A DNA stretch of 38,397 nt from a virus, in the IMG/VR virus record IMGVR_UViG_3300019477_000079, positions 1 to 38,397 of that record. One strand, given 5' to 3'. How positions within the stretch are numbered: the first letter of the stretch is position 1; each line of letters begins with the position of its first letter. Positions 31,160-38,397 of this stretch are shown here, in pieces. The translations under genes were made by a program, and so were the position numbers. The notes below the pieces were generated by a model. The model had not been told where the DNA came from, did not search any database, and saw only the letters and a program-made list of their open reading frames with translations.

Positions 31160-31948
31160 ATGATTAGAACTAAAAAATATAACTGTGGAAATTATCAAGA
31201 AATAGAAATATTTAATGTATCGCCAAGAAAAAGAAAATATGAGAGAGCAAAGAAGGTAAAAGAATCTACACCGGCACAAAAAAATCTCAACTCTAAAAGA
31301 GCACAGAGATATTTTGCAAGGCTGTGCAATCTTAATTTCACTGAGGGTGATTACAGCGTAGACGCTACATACGATGATGCACATCTTCCGGCTAATAGAG
31401 ATGAGGCGTTAAGAGATGTTAGGAACTACACGCGTCGCGTCAGATATGAAATGGCGAAGCGTGGAAAAGAAAATGTTGAATTTGTATATGTAATCTCAAA
31501 TCATAAAGGAGATGATACAGGTTCAAAAGCGAGATGTCACATCCACATGATTTTTAAAGGTGCAGATAGAGACGTTCTAGAAAAAAAGTGGAAAGCTGGA
31601 TATTGCAATACAGATAAACTTAGATTTAGCGAAACAGGAATTACAGGAAAAGCCTTATACATGGCAAGGCAAGGAAAAAGCAAAAGGTGCTGGGGCGGTT
31701 CTTTAGGTTTAAAAAAGCCGGAGCCGATTGTTTCAGATAGAACATTTACAAGGGGACAAGTAGAGAGAATCATAAACGATCCAGGAGATGGAAGATTTAT
31801 TTCAAAATTAATAAATAAAAATAATAAAACTAAATATGTATTCACAGATTGCATAGTTGAACACGACGGCAGGCAGGTCGGATTTTTTTCGGAAGATCCA
31901 GGGGACGGCCTCGGATTTAGCGTGCTAATCAGAATGAGGAGGGAATGA
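31160..31948 (+). CDS. HUH-superfamily rolling-circle replication initiator (Rep)
   Basis: 262 aa. Motif 1-like YSVDATYDD, HUH motif RCHIHMIF, Tyr motif GKALYMARQGK. The RBS is weak. Confidence 0.6.
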   Translation: MIRTKKYNCGNYQEIEIFNVSPRKRKYERAKKVKESTPAQKNLNSKRAQRYFARLCNLNFTEGDYSVDATYDDAHLPANRDEALRDVRNYTRRVRYEMAKRGKENVEFVYVISNHKGDDTGSKARCHIHMIFKGADRDVLEKKWKAGYCNTDKLRFSETGITGKALYMARQGKSKRCWGGSLGLKKPEPIVSDRTFTRGQVERIINDPGDGRFISKLINKNNKTKYVFTDCIVEHDGRQVGFFSEDPGDGLGFSVLIRMRRE

Positions 31949-32469
31949 TGAGCTATTACATCAAGTGTCCTTTTTTTATGGCGCATAAAGAAAATACAAT
32001 CACGTGCGAAGGCTGCATGCATTTTTTTGACACAAAGAAAAAGCATCGAAAACAGATTGAGAAGTGTGAAGAAGGCGGAACTGAATGCAGATACGCCAAA
32101 AGGCTTTTTGAGTGTTATGAAATCTATCAAGATTCCCCAGATTTAGAGTTGAGACTACATGAAGTTTATGCGGACGAAATGAGAAATCAAATATCCACGC
32201 TCGTTTGGAGATTAGCTAGAGAAAAGAATAATCAAAAGAAGCTCAAAGAAAATTATGAGAATGCTCTTGAAATCAAAACAAAAGATATAAACAGACTCAC
32301 AAGGCAGCTCATGTTAGATAGAAAAAAAGTGGCAATCAATGAAAGAACAATCCTAGCGTTAATGCATAAGAACAATCTCAGCATGACAGATATTAGCGAG
32401 CTTGTGGATAAGTATAGAGATAGCGAATTAATTTTTGATGCAAAAAGCGGAAAGGTGGAAAAGAAATGA
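31945..32469 (+). CDS. Cys-rich N-terminal / coiled-coil protein, function unknown
   Basis: 174 aa, ATGA-coupled to rep. It has CPFF...CEGC...C...C, then long helices. Confidence 0.55.
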   Translation: MMSYYIKCPFFMAHKENTITCEGCMHFFDTKKKHRKQIEKCEEGGTECRYAKRLFECYEIYQDSPDLELRLHEVYADEMRNQISTLVWRLAREKNNQKKLKENYENALEIKTKDINRLTRQLMLDRKKVAINERTILALMHKNNLSMTDISELVDKYRDSELIFDAKSGKVEKK

Positions 32470-32555
32470 ACGCATTAATGGATGGCATTATATTTATAAT
32501 GCTAAATGCCCAAGTGGGAATAGAGGTAGGTGCTACAGGGTGGAGCTACTTTTAA
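32466..32555 (+). CDS. possible 29-aa peptide
   Basis: ATG 32466 overlaps the upstream TGA (ATGA). The peptide is hydrophobic (MDGIIFIMLNAQVGIEVGA) and ends just before the terminator. Weak call. Confidence 0.25.
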   Translation: MNALMDGIIFIMLNAQVGIEVGATGWSYF

Positions 32556-32560
32556 GCAAG

Positions 32561-32588
32561 AAAAAAGAGGGGATGCCCCTCTTTTTTT
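32561..32588. terminator. bidirectional intrinsic terminator
   Basis: AAAAAAGAGGGG-ATG-CCCCTCTTTTTT, with A-run and T-run flanks. It separates the convergent + and - strand genes. Confidence 0.85.
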
Positions 32589-32589
32589 A

Positions 32590-32919
32590 TTAAGCTGCCT
32601 TTATAATTTCCTGTGGTGTGAATGAGAAGTATAAATCGCTGCCAACCTCCGAGCTCTCGCGCTCATATAATACTATTGCCTTATCAGGTGCAGCAGATAG
32701 CTTTATCTTTTCAATTGCATTTTCTTTAGTTTCAAAAGCTCCGATGCGCACACCTTGTTCAAGATCTCCTGCATATGGAACAGATGATACTCCGTCGGAA
32801 TCTTTCATAAACCAGTAAGCCGTGTAATATTCTTCGCCGTTTGGTCTAACTCCGTACCAGCAATCTAGCGAGTTCAAATATTCTTTGCAGTTGATTTTCT
32901 TTGTAATTTCGTTTAACAT
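32590..32919 (-). CDS. acidic 109-aa orphan protein (accessory/moron gene)
   Basis: RBS AAAGGAG. By my count 18 acidic against 12 basic residues. No motif recognised. Its orientation is opposite to the flanking operons. Confidence 0.65.
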   Translation of the reverse strand: MLNEITKKINCKEYLNSLDCWYGVRPNGEEYYTAYWFMKDSDGVSSVPYAGDLEQGVRIGAFETKENAIEKIKLSAAPDKAIVLYERESSEVGSDLYFSFTPQEIIKAA

Positions 32920-32965
32920 AATTATAGCTCCTTTTAATTATCAGGGGTGGTAATTTCTGGGTGTT

Positions 32966-32993
32966 TCGAGCCGTTGCAGCGGCTCGATTTTTT
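32966..32993 (+). terminator. hairpin with a T-tract on the + strand, lying between two - strand cistrons
   Basis: TCGAGCCG (32966-32973) pairs with CGGCTCGA (32980-32987), then TTTTTTATTTTTT. On the - strand it lacks a U-tail. Confidence 0.45.
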
Positions 32994-33141
32994 ATTTTTT
33001 GATTTTCTGAACCTGTTCAACTATTAGAGATTCAATGTAGTTGCTCAATGTCCTGTTTTCACTTGCCGCTATCTCGGTAGCAGCAGCTTTTAATGTCGGT
33101 GTCATTCGCACTGCGACTCTTTCCGTTTTCTTCTCGGTCAT
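32992..33141 (-). CDS. ribbon-helix-helix (CopG/Arc/MetJ-type) DNA-binding protein
   Basis: 49 aa translated by hand: MTEKKTERVAVRMTPTLKAAATEIAASENRTLSNYIESLIVEQVQKIKK. RBS AAGGAGAG. It has the classic RHH strand-helix-helix pattern. Below the track cutoff. Confidence 0.7.
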   Translation of the reverse strand: MTEKKTERVAVRMTPTLKAAATEIAASENRTLSNYIESLIVEQVQKIKK

Positions 33142-33185
33142 ATTTGCCACTCTCCTTAAGATTTGCCGTCCTTTAGCTTGATTGT

Positions 33186-33214
33186 ATTGTACACCTAATG
33201 TCGGACAATGTCAA
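33186..33214 (-). promoter_or_regulatory. near-consensus promoter TTGACA-17 nt-TACAAT on the - strand
   Basis: The reverse complement of 33209-33214 is TTGACA and that of 33186-33191 is TACAAT, with a 17-nt spacer containing the AATGTC direct repeats (33197-33202 and 33207-33212). Confidence 0.65.
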
Positions 33215-33297
33215 CACTTTTTTCAAAACTTTTTTAAAAATTTTGAAGCAGGCGAAAAAACGTATATCAATAGGCATAATTAAAGCTGGAGGAAATC

Positions 33298-33909
33298 ATG
33301 GATTGGAACAAGCTCGAAGTAGAATACATAACAACAAATACATCATACGCAAAACTAGCTACTAAATATCACACATCGGCGCGCACCATTTCGGATTATG
33401 CACGCCGCCACGAGTGGAAAGAAAAGCGCAGGAAATATGTATCAGATACTGTCGGAAAAGCTGTAGAGCGCGTATCTAAATTAGAATCTATAGACTTGTC
33501 TAAAGAAATAGGCATAGTACATAACTTGTCTAATATAATGAGCGACGCTCTATTAGATCCAAAGCAGTTCAATAGATATCTCGTTGAAGAAACTGAATAC
33601 AATTCAGATGGTTTTCCGGTATCAAAGAAAACCGTTGAGAAAAAATATAAGAGAGTAGATTTTAAGCAGGTAAAAGATGCTGCTAATGCACTACAAGCAA
33701 TTGAAAAAATGAGGCGGTCAATGGAGACTATTCTCACGTTCCAAGAGAAAGAAAATCTTAAGAACGCAAAGAAAAGAATTAGACTTGAAGAAAGAAAGGT
33801 TAAATTGCTTGAAGCTGAGGCAGAAAATAAAAATATCAGTGTTGAAGAGGCTGAAAGTATCGTACTTGTTAACTTAAGTGATGAAGAGGTTGCAGAGGTA
33901 GAAGAATGA
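33298..33909 (+). CDS. terS: terminase small subunit
   Basis: 203 aa, RBS GGAGGAAA. It has an N-terminal HTH (SYAKLATKYHTSARTISDYARRHEWKEKR) and a coiled-coil C-terminus. It overlaps the large-subunit gene. Confidence 0.65.
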   Translation: MDWNKLEVEYITTNTSYAKLATKYHTSARTISDYARRHEWKEKRRKYVSDTVGKAVERVSKLESIDLSKEIGIVHNLSNIMSDALLDPKQFNRYLVEETEYNSDGFPVSKKTVEKKYKRVDFKQVKDAANALQAIEKMRRSMETILTFQEKENLKNAKKRIRLEERKVKLLEAEAENKNISVEEAESIVLVNLSDEEVAEVEE

Positions 33910-35357
33910 AAATAGCATGGGAGCCGCAACCACGTCAAAAAGTATTTATGAGCCGTCCAGAATATGAAGTTCTATATGGTGGTGCAGCTGGAGGCGGAAA
34001 GAGCGACGCTATATTATGCGAAGCACTACGGCAAGTGCATATACCAAGTTATAAAGGACTAATCTTAAGGCGTACATTCCCACAGCTCTCGGAGCTTATG
34101 GATAGATCCATAAATCTATATTCAAAAGCATTTCCGAGCGCGAAATTCAACGAATCGAAATACGTTTGGAAGTTTGGAAGTGGCGCAAAAATATATTTTG
34201 GGAATCTACAGAGAGAAATAGATAAATATAACTATCAAGGTAAGGCATACGACTTTATCGCATTTGACGAGTTAACGCATTTTACGCGTACGCAGTACAT
34301 GTATCTAATGTCACGTAATAGACCGACTGCGCCAGGAACGAGAGTATATATAAGAGCTAGCGCAAACCCTGGGGGAGTTGGTCACGGCTGGGTAAAAAAA
34401 AGATTTATAACACCAGCGCCACCTATGACGCGTATCAAGGGCGTATACAAAATCGTTACCCCAACAGGCGAGTTAATAGAGCGCGTGCGTAGCCGTATGT
34501 TTGTACCATCAACAGTCTTTGATAACAAAAAGCTATTAGAAAACGACCCATACTATATCGCAAATCTAGCCATGTTACCGGAAGCAGACAAGAAAGCGCT
34601 GCTATACGGAGACTGGAATTCATTTAGCGGACAGGTATTTACAGAGTGGAGCGACGAGATAGAGCATTATTTAGATCGTAAATGGACCCATGTCATAAGT
34701 CCGTTTAAGATTCCGGAAACATGGAGAATATTTAGAGGTTTTGACTGGGGATATTCAAAGCCATTTAGTGTAGGTTGGTACGCAGTAGATAACGACAACA
34801 GAATATACAGAATTAACGAACTATACGGCTGTACAGACCAGCCAAATACTGGCGTTAAGTGGACTACTGAGAAGATTGCTAAAGCAATAAAAGAAATTGA
34901 GGATTCAGACCCAAATTTAAAGGGCAGAACAATATCAGCAGTTGCAGACCCTGCAATATTCCAAGAAAACGGCGGTAAATCAATAGCCGATTCCTTTATG
35001 GAAGCTGGCGTGTATTGGGATAAGGGAGACCATACACGAATACCGGGTAAAATGCAGTGCCACTATAGACTAGCTTTTGACGAAAACGGAATACCGATGT
35101 TCTATTGCTTCTCAAATTGTAAAGACTTCATCAGAACGGTACCAGAACTAATATACAGCGAAACCAAGGTAGAGGATATCAATACCGAAATGGAAGATCA
35201 TATATACGACGAGTGGAGATATGTATGCATGGAGTCGCCTATTAACGAGCGGCGAGACGCCAGAGCAAAACTATATGAGGGAACAGACGGAGCACACGAC
35301 CCATTAAATATGATTCCTGCACAGCTAGGACGATACGACTTTTTCAAATACATGTAA
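33906..35357 (+). CDS. terL: terminase large subunit
   Basis: 483 aa. Walker A is YGGAAGGGKSDA and the Walker B-like motif is YDFIAFDELTHF. A C-terminal nuclease-type region is present. Confidence 0.9.
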   Translation: MKIAWEPQPRQKVFMSRPEYEVLYGGAAGGGKSDAILCEALRQVHIPSYKGLILRRTFPQLSELMDRSINLYSKAFPSAKFNESKYVWKFGSGAKIYFGNLQREIDKYNYQGKAYDFIAFDELTHFTRTQYMYLMSRNRPTAPGTRVYIRASANPGGVGHGWVKKRFITPAPPMTRIKGVYKIVTPTGELIERVRSRMFVPSTVFDNKKLLENDPYYIANLAMLPEADKKALLYGDWNSFSGQVFTEWSDEIEHYLDRKWTHVISPFKIPETWRIFRGFDWGYSKPFSVGWYAVDNDNRIYRINELYGCTDQPNTGVKWTTEKIAKAIKEIEDSDPNLKGRTISAVADPAIFQENGGKSIADSFMEAGVYWDKGDHTRIPGKMQCHYRLAFDENGIPMFYCFSNCKDFIRTVPELIYSETKVEDINTEMEDHIYDEWRYVCMESPINERRDARAKLYEGTDGAHDPLNMIPAQLGRYDFFKYM

Positions 35358-35366
35358 GGAGCGAAT

Positions 35367-37553
35367 ATGAAAGACAAGAAGAAGAAACTGAAAGAGCAGA
35401 ACGCTAAAGAAATCGAGAAGGCAAGGCCATCAAGCGACCAAGAACAGCCAGAAGATGAAGAGCCCGAAGAAGATCCCGCGCAAGCCGAGGGAGATAAACA
35501 GCTGATGAAGAGGCTAGGGATAGACCCAAAGAAAGCAGCCAAAGAACCTATCGAGGATGAAGAGGAAGAGCCAGACTATATAGAGCAGGAACCAGAGCCA
35601 ACATCGCTAGATGCGAAGGAAGAACCGGAAGCAGAATACGGAGCCTTTAACGAAGATGAAGGCAAAGAGTGGGACCCGAACTATGGCCGAAAAGGAATCA
35701 TTGATGAAGAGGTTATAGGAGAGGCAAAAAACACATACGAAAAGTACAAGCAGAATCTTGAGAAGTTCAAAAAGCGCATTGTTGAGAATGAAAAGTGGTG
35801 GCAATTCCGGCAGTGGGAAGTTATAGGGGATGCACAAGGAAAAGAAAACGATCCGAAGCCTGAAAGTGCATGGATGTTTAATTCACTTGCTAACAAACAC
35901 GCTGACGCTATGGATAACTATCCTATGCCTAATCTATTGCCACGTGAAGAGAGCGACAAAGGTTCTGCGTTGTCGCTGTCAAAGATTGTGCCATGCATAC
36001 TAGATAACTGCGACTTTCAGCAAATATATAGTGATGCATGGTGGTACAAACTAAAACAAGGATTTTGTGTATACGCTACATACTGGGACAACACAAGAGA
36101 CAACGGCGCTGGTGATATTGCTGTAAAGCAAATAGATGTTCTAAATCTATTATGGGAGCCAGGAATTAAATATATCCAGGATTCGCCAAACATCTTTCTA
36201 ATAGACGCCGTGGATAACGATATCCTCGTAGGAATGTATCCAGACCTAGAAGGCGTGCTATCAAATTCTGCAGGTGCTGAAATTGTGAAGTACGATACAG
36301 AGCGTGACGATTCAGCATCTAACAGAACAGTTGTTTATGACTGGTACTATAAGCAGACTGTTAACGGTAGAACGATTGTTCATTACTGCAAGTTTATTGA
36401 CGGTCACGTACTCTTTGCATCTGAAAACTGCGAAGAGTATCTAGAGAGTGGATATTACATTTCAGGCGAATATCCGTTCGTTGTGGATAACCTATTCCCG
36501 GTTGAATCTGAAATGCTAGGCTTCGGATATATCGATGTTATGAAATCTCCTCAGATGGTCATAAACAAGATGGACCAGATTGTCGCAAAGAATGCTGCGC
36601 TTGTCGGTAAACCTAGATGGGGAGTAAGCAAAAACGCAGGAATAGATCCGGAACAAATCGCCGACTATTCACAAGATTTTTTTGAGATAACCGGCAAGCT
36701 GAATGATGATAACATTAGGCAGTTCCAAACAACGCCGCTACCATCAATGGTTATGAATTACCTCGAGATGAAAAAAGAGGAACTGAAAGAGACCTCGGGC
36801 AATCGTGACTTCTCACAAGGAAGCACGGCCGCAGGCGTAACGGCAGCTAGCGCCATTGCGGCACTACAAGAGGCAGGTTCAAAGCTATCACGTGATATGA
36901 TAGGTGGTTCATATAGAGCGTATGTGAGACTAGTTAAGCAGATTATAGAACTAATCAGACAGTTCTACGATGAACCTCGTTGTTTCAGAATTGACGGAGA
37001 GGGCGGATCATACGAATTTATCAGCTTTGAAAATTCGCTGCTAAAGGAAACAACAATTGACGACGTTACAGGACAGCCAGAAATTGTAAAGAAACCTATA
37101 TTCGATGTTAAAATCTCCGCTGCCAAAAAGAACGCATTTAATAGAGCGTCACAAAATGAGACAGTCAAAGAGCTATACGGTATGGGCGTGTTCAATCCGA
37201 ACAACTATGTACAGGCTGGAATGCTGTTAGACGCTATGGACTTTGAAGGAGTGGAAGAACTCCGCAGGAAGGTGGGAGAAAACGGAAACCTCAACGAAAA
37301 ACTAAATCAGCTAGCTGGAATCGCTATGCAGATGGCAGGTATGCTAGATCAGACAGTTGGAGCAGGAGAATTTACATCGCAGGTACAGCAGGCTCTAGGA
37401 ATGGAAGTAGCGCCGCAGCTAAATGCAGCCGCATATGAGGCTAGGCGCGGTATAGATAGACCGGTTAATACCAGGGCAGCAAATATCAGAGATAGAGCAA
37501 GTAACCAAGCAAGCGTAGGAGAAGGTCATGACATCAGCAAAACTGACGAGTAA
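35367..37553 (+). CDS. portal protein (with an acidic low-complexity N-terminal extension)
   Basis: 728 aa, immediately after terL. Its size and position are typical. The N-terminal ~100 aa are rich in K, E, D and P. Confidence 0.75.
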   Translation: MKDKKKKLKEQNAKEIEKARPSSDQEQPEDEEPEEDPAQAEGDKQLMKRLGIDPKKAAKEPIEDEEEEPDYIEQEPEPTSLDAKEEPEAEYGAFNEDEGKEWDPNYGRKGIIDEEVIGEAKNTYEKYKQNLEKFKKRIVENEKWWQFRQWEVIGDAQGKENDPKPESAWMFNSLANKHADAMDNYPMPNLLPREESDKGSALSLSKIVPCILDNCDFQQIYSDAWWYKLKQGFCVYATYWDNTRDNGAGDIAVKQIDVLNLLWEPGIKYIQDSPNIFLIDAVDNDILVGMYPDLEGVLSNSAGAEIVKYDTERDDSASNRTVVYDWYYKQTVNGRTIVHYCKFIDGHVLFASENCEEYLESGYYISGEYPFVVDNLFPVESEMLGFGYIDVMKSPQMVINKMDQIVAKNAALVGKPRWGVSKNAGIDPEQIADYSQDFFEITGKLNDDNIRQFQTTPLPSMVMNYLEMKKEELKETSGNRDFSQGSTAAGVTAASAIAALQEAGSKLSRDMIGGSYRAYVRLVKQIIELIRQFYDEPRCFRIDGEGGSYEFISFENSLLKETTIDDVTGQPEIVKKPIFDVKISAAKKNAFNRASQNETVKELYGMGVFNPNNYVQAGMLLDAMDFEGVEELRRKVGENGNLNEKLNQLAGIAMQMAGMLDQTVGAGEFTSQVQQALGMEVAPQLNAAAYEARRGIDRPVNTRAANIRDRASNQASVGEGHDISKTDE

Positions 37554-37842
37554 GAGAGATGAACAAGGCAAAATCACGTATACGTTAGATATCAAAGAGC
37601 ACGCAGGCGAGAGCCATGTGTGCTTTGCGATTAGCACGCTAGTACATACAGTGTCGGATATGGTCGAAAGATTAGAAAGCTCAATCAATATCAATCCTGG
37701 TGATGTAGTGATAAGTTTTACATCGCATCCGGACAACGTAAATGAAATGATATACGCAAGAATCATATACACGGTTGCATGCAAAATGTTAACGATTCTT
37801 GAAGAGGGATATCCTCAAAACATCAAAGTGATTATGCCGTAG
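37528..37842 (+). CDS. Prp-like cysteine protease (DUF464 family)
   Basis: 104 aa, RBS AGGAGAAGG. IKEHAGESHVCFAISTLV matches the His...Cys dyad context of ribosomal-processing protease Prp. It lies between the portal and scaffold genes. Confidence 0.65.
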   Translation: MTSAKLTSKRDEQGKITYTLDIKEHAGESHVCFAISTLVHTVSDMVERLESSININPGDVVISFTSHPDNVNEMIYARIIYTVACKMLTILEEGYPQNIKVIMP

Positions 37843-37916
37843 TCGAATAATAAATAATTTTTTTATATCATAAATCCGTAAAGATAAATGCTCGCGGGTA
37901 AGCCGCAGGAGGAACA

Positions 37917-38397
37917 ATGACATATAGAGATTTTTACCTCTTCGATGGAGAGGGCGGCGAAGGAACAAGCGGTAATGCTGGTGTCGCTACCAGTGGTGAA
38001 GAGGGCACAGCCCTTGAAGAAAAGAAAGATGATGATTTGTTTGACGATAACAGCTATGACGATAGCGAGGAACCAGACGATGAACCATCAGAGGGTGAAA
38101 ACGCCGATGAACCCAAAGACCTATCTGCAGAGTTCGAAGAACTAATCAAAGGGAAGTATAAAGACTTATACGATGCGCGCGTTAAGGATACACTTTCAAA
38201 GAGATTCAAGAACGCAGAAGCAGATAGAAATAGACTTGGTGAATATGAAGATGCGCTATTTGTACTTTACGACAAGTACGATATTGAGCCTGGTAATCTT
38301 AACGGACTCAAAGAGGCAATCGCAAAAGATGGCGAACTGCTAGAAGAAAGAGCAGAAAGAGAAGGCTTATCAGTTGAACAGTACAAGTACCAGAAGA
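37917..38397 (+). CDS. scaffolding protein, N-terminal part (continues at base 128 through the terminal repeat)
   Basis: AGGAGG at 37907-37912 and ATG at 37917. The frame is open to the window end (MTYRDFYLFDGEGGEGTSGNAG...) and is in phase with frame 1 at the window start. Confidence 0.75.
   Translation, partial: MTYRDFYLFDGEGGEGTSGNAGVATSGEEGTALEEKKDDDLFDDNSYDDSEEPDDEPSEGENADEPKDLSAEFEELIKGKYKDLYDARVKDTLSKRFKNAEADRNRLGEYEDALFVLYDKYDIEPGNLNGLKEAIAKDGELLEERAEREGLSVEQYKYQK
38271..38397. repeat. 127-bp terminal direct repeat, copy 2
   Basis: Identical to bases 1-127. Confidence 0.95.

Noticed and set aside
29256-33938. Long antisense ORFs 29256-29804, 31537-32130 and 33396-33938
   Set aside because: Each lies opposite a motif-supported gene (Dam, Rep or TerS) and has shadow-frame composition.
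35367-35700. The acidic K/E/D/P-rich N-terminal ~100 aa of the portal protein as a separate feature
   Set aside because: It is probably a disordered extension, or the true start is an internal Met (for example MKRLG). Nothing beyond compositional bias could be supported.
37945-38145. Track ORF (66 aa, + strand) near the window end
   Set aside because: It is an alternative frame inside the scaffold gene. The real frame starts at ATG 37917 with an AGGAGG RBS and runs off the end, which is why the track missed it.
1-38397. CRISPR arrays, diversity-generating retroelements, IS elements, rRNA genes, or stop-codon recoding
   Set aside because: No spaced direct-repeat arrays, reverse transcriptase, transposase or rRNA-like sequence were seen. 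All motif-supported genes are intact under the standard code, so no reassignment is needed.

Overview
The window is a complete, circularly closed dsDNA phage genome. Bases 1-127 are identical to 38271-38397, so the unique length is 38270 bp. It looks like a temperate phage of a low-GC Gram-positive host (AGGAGG-type RBSs, CHAP+SH3b endolysin). Almost all genes are on the + strand.

Gene order:
- Packaging and head: small and large terminase, portal, Prp-like protease, scaffold (split across the window ends), N4-gp56-like major capsid protein.
- A fibre-rich tail block with no recognisable tail tube, sheath or classical tape-measure set.
- One 3067-aa ORF, about 24% of the genome.
- Holin, endolysin and a second membrane protein.
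- A tRNA 3'-fragment (candidate attP) with arm-type repeats.
- A promoter-to-terminator non-coding unit of about 355 nt.
- A Panacea(DUF4065)/MazF-like toxin-antitoxin pair.
- A 3'-truncated tyrosine integrase, a membrane protein and a CI-like repressor, all on the - strand.
- Cro and early genes: MazG, HNH-like, DUF4406-like, PC4/YdbC-like, Dcm-type and Dam-type methyltransferases, an HUH rolling-circle Rep.
- A reverse-oriented RHH-regulator plus acidic orphan operon.

Most noteworthy:
1. The candidate structured ncRNA and TA island that abuts the truncated integrase.
2. A G10 tract that splits a tail-module gene into two frames.
3. The giant mosaic ORF, with 54-nt tandem repeats, an RG patch, glycine-rich hydrophobic segments and an HExxH motif.
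4. A nine-residue leader shared by scaffold and capsid proteins, next to a phage-encoded Prp-like protease.
5. The RHH plus acidic-protein moron.

All family assignments were made by eye from motifs and need HMM or structure confirmation.
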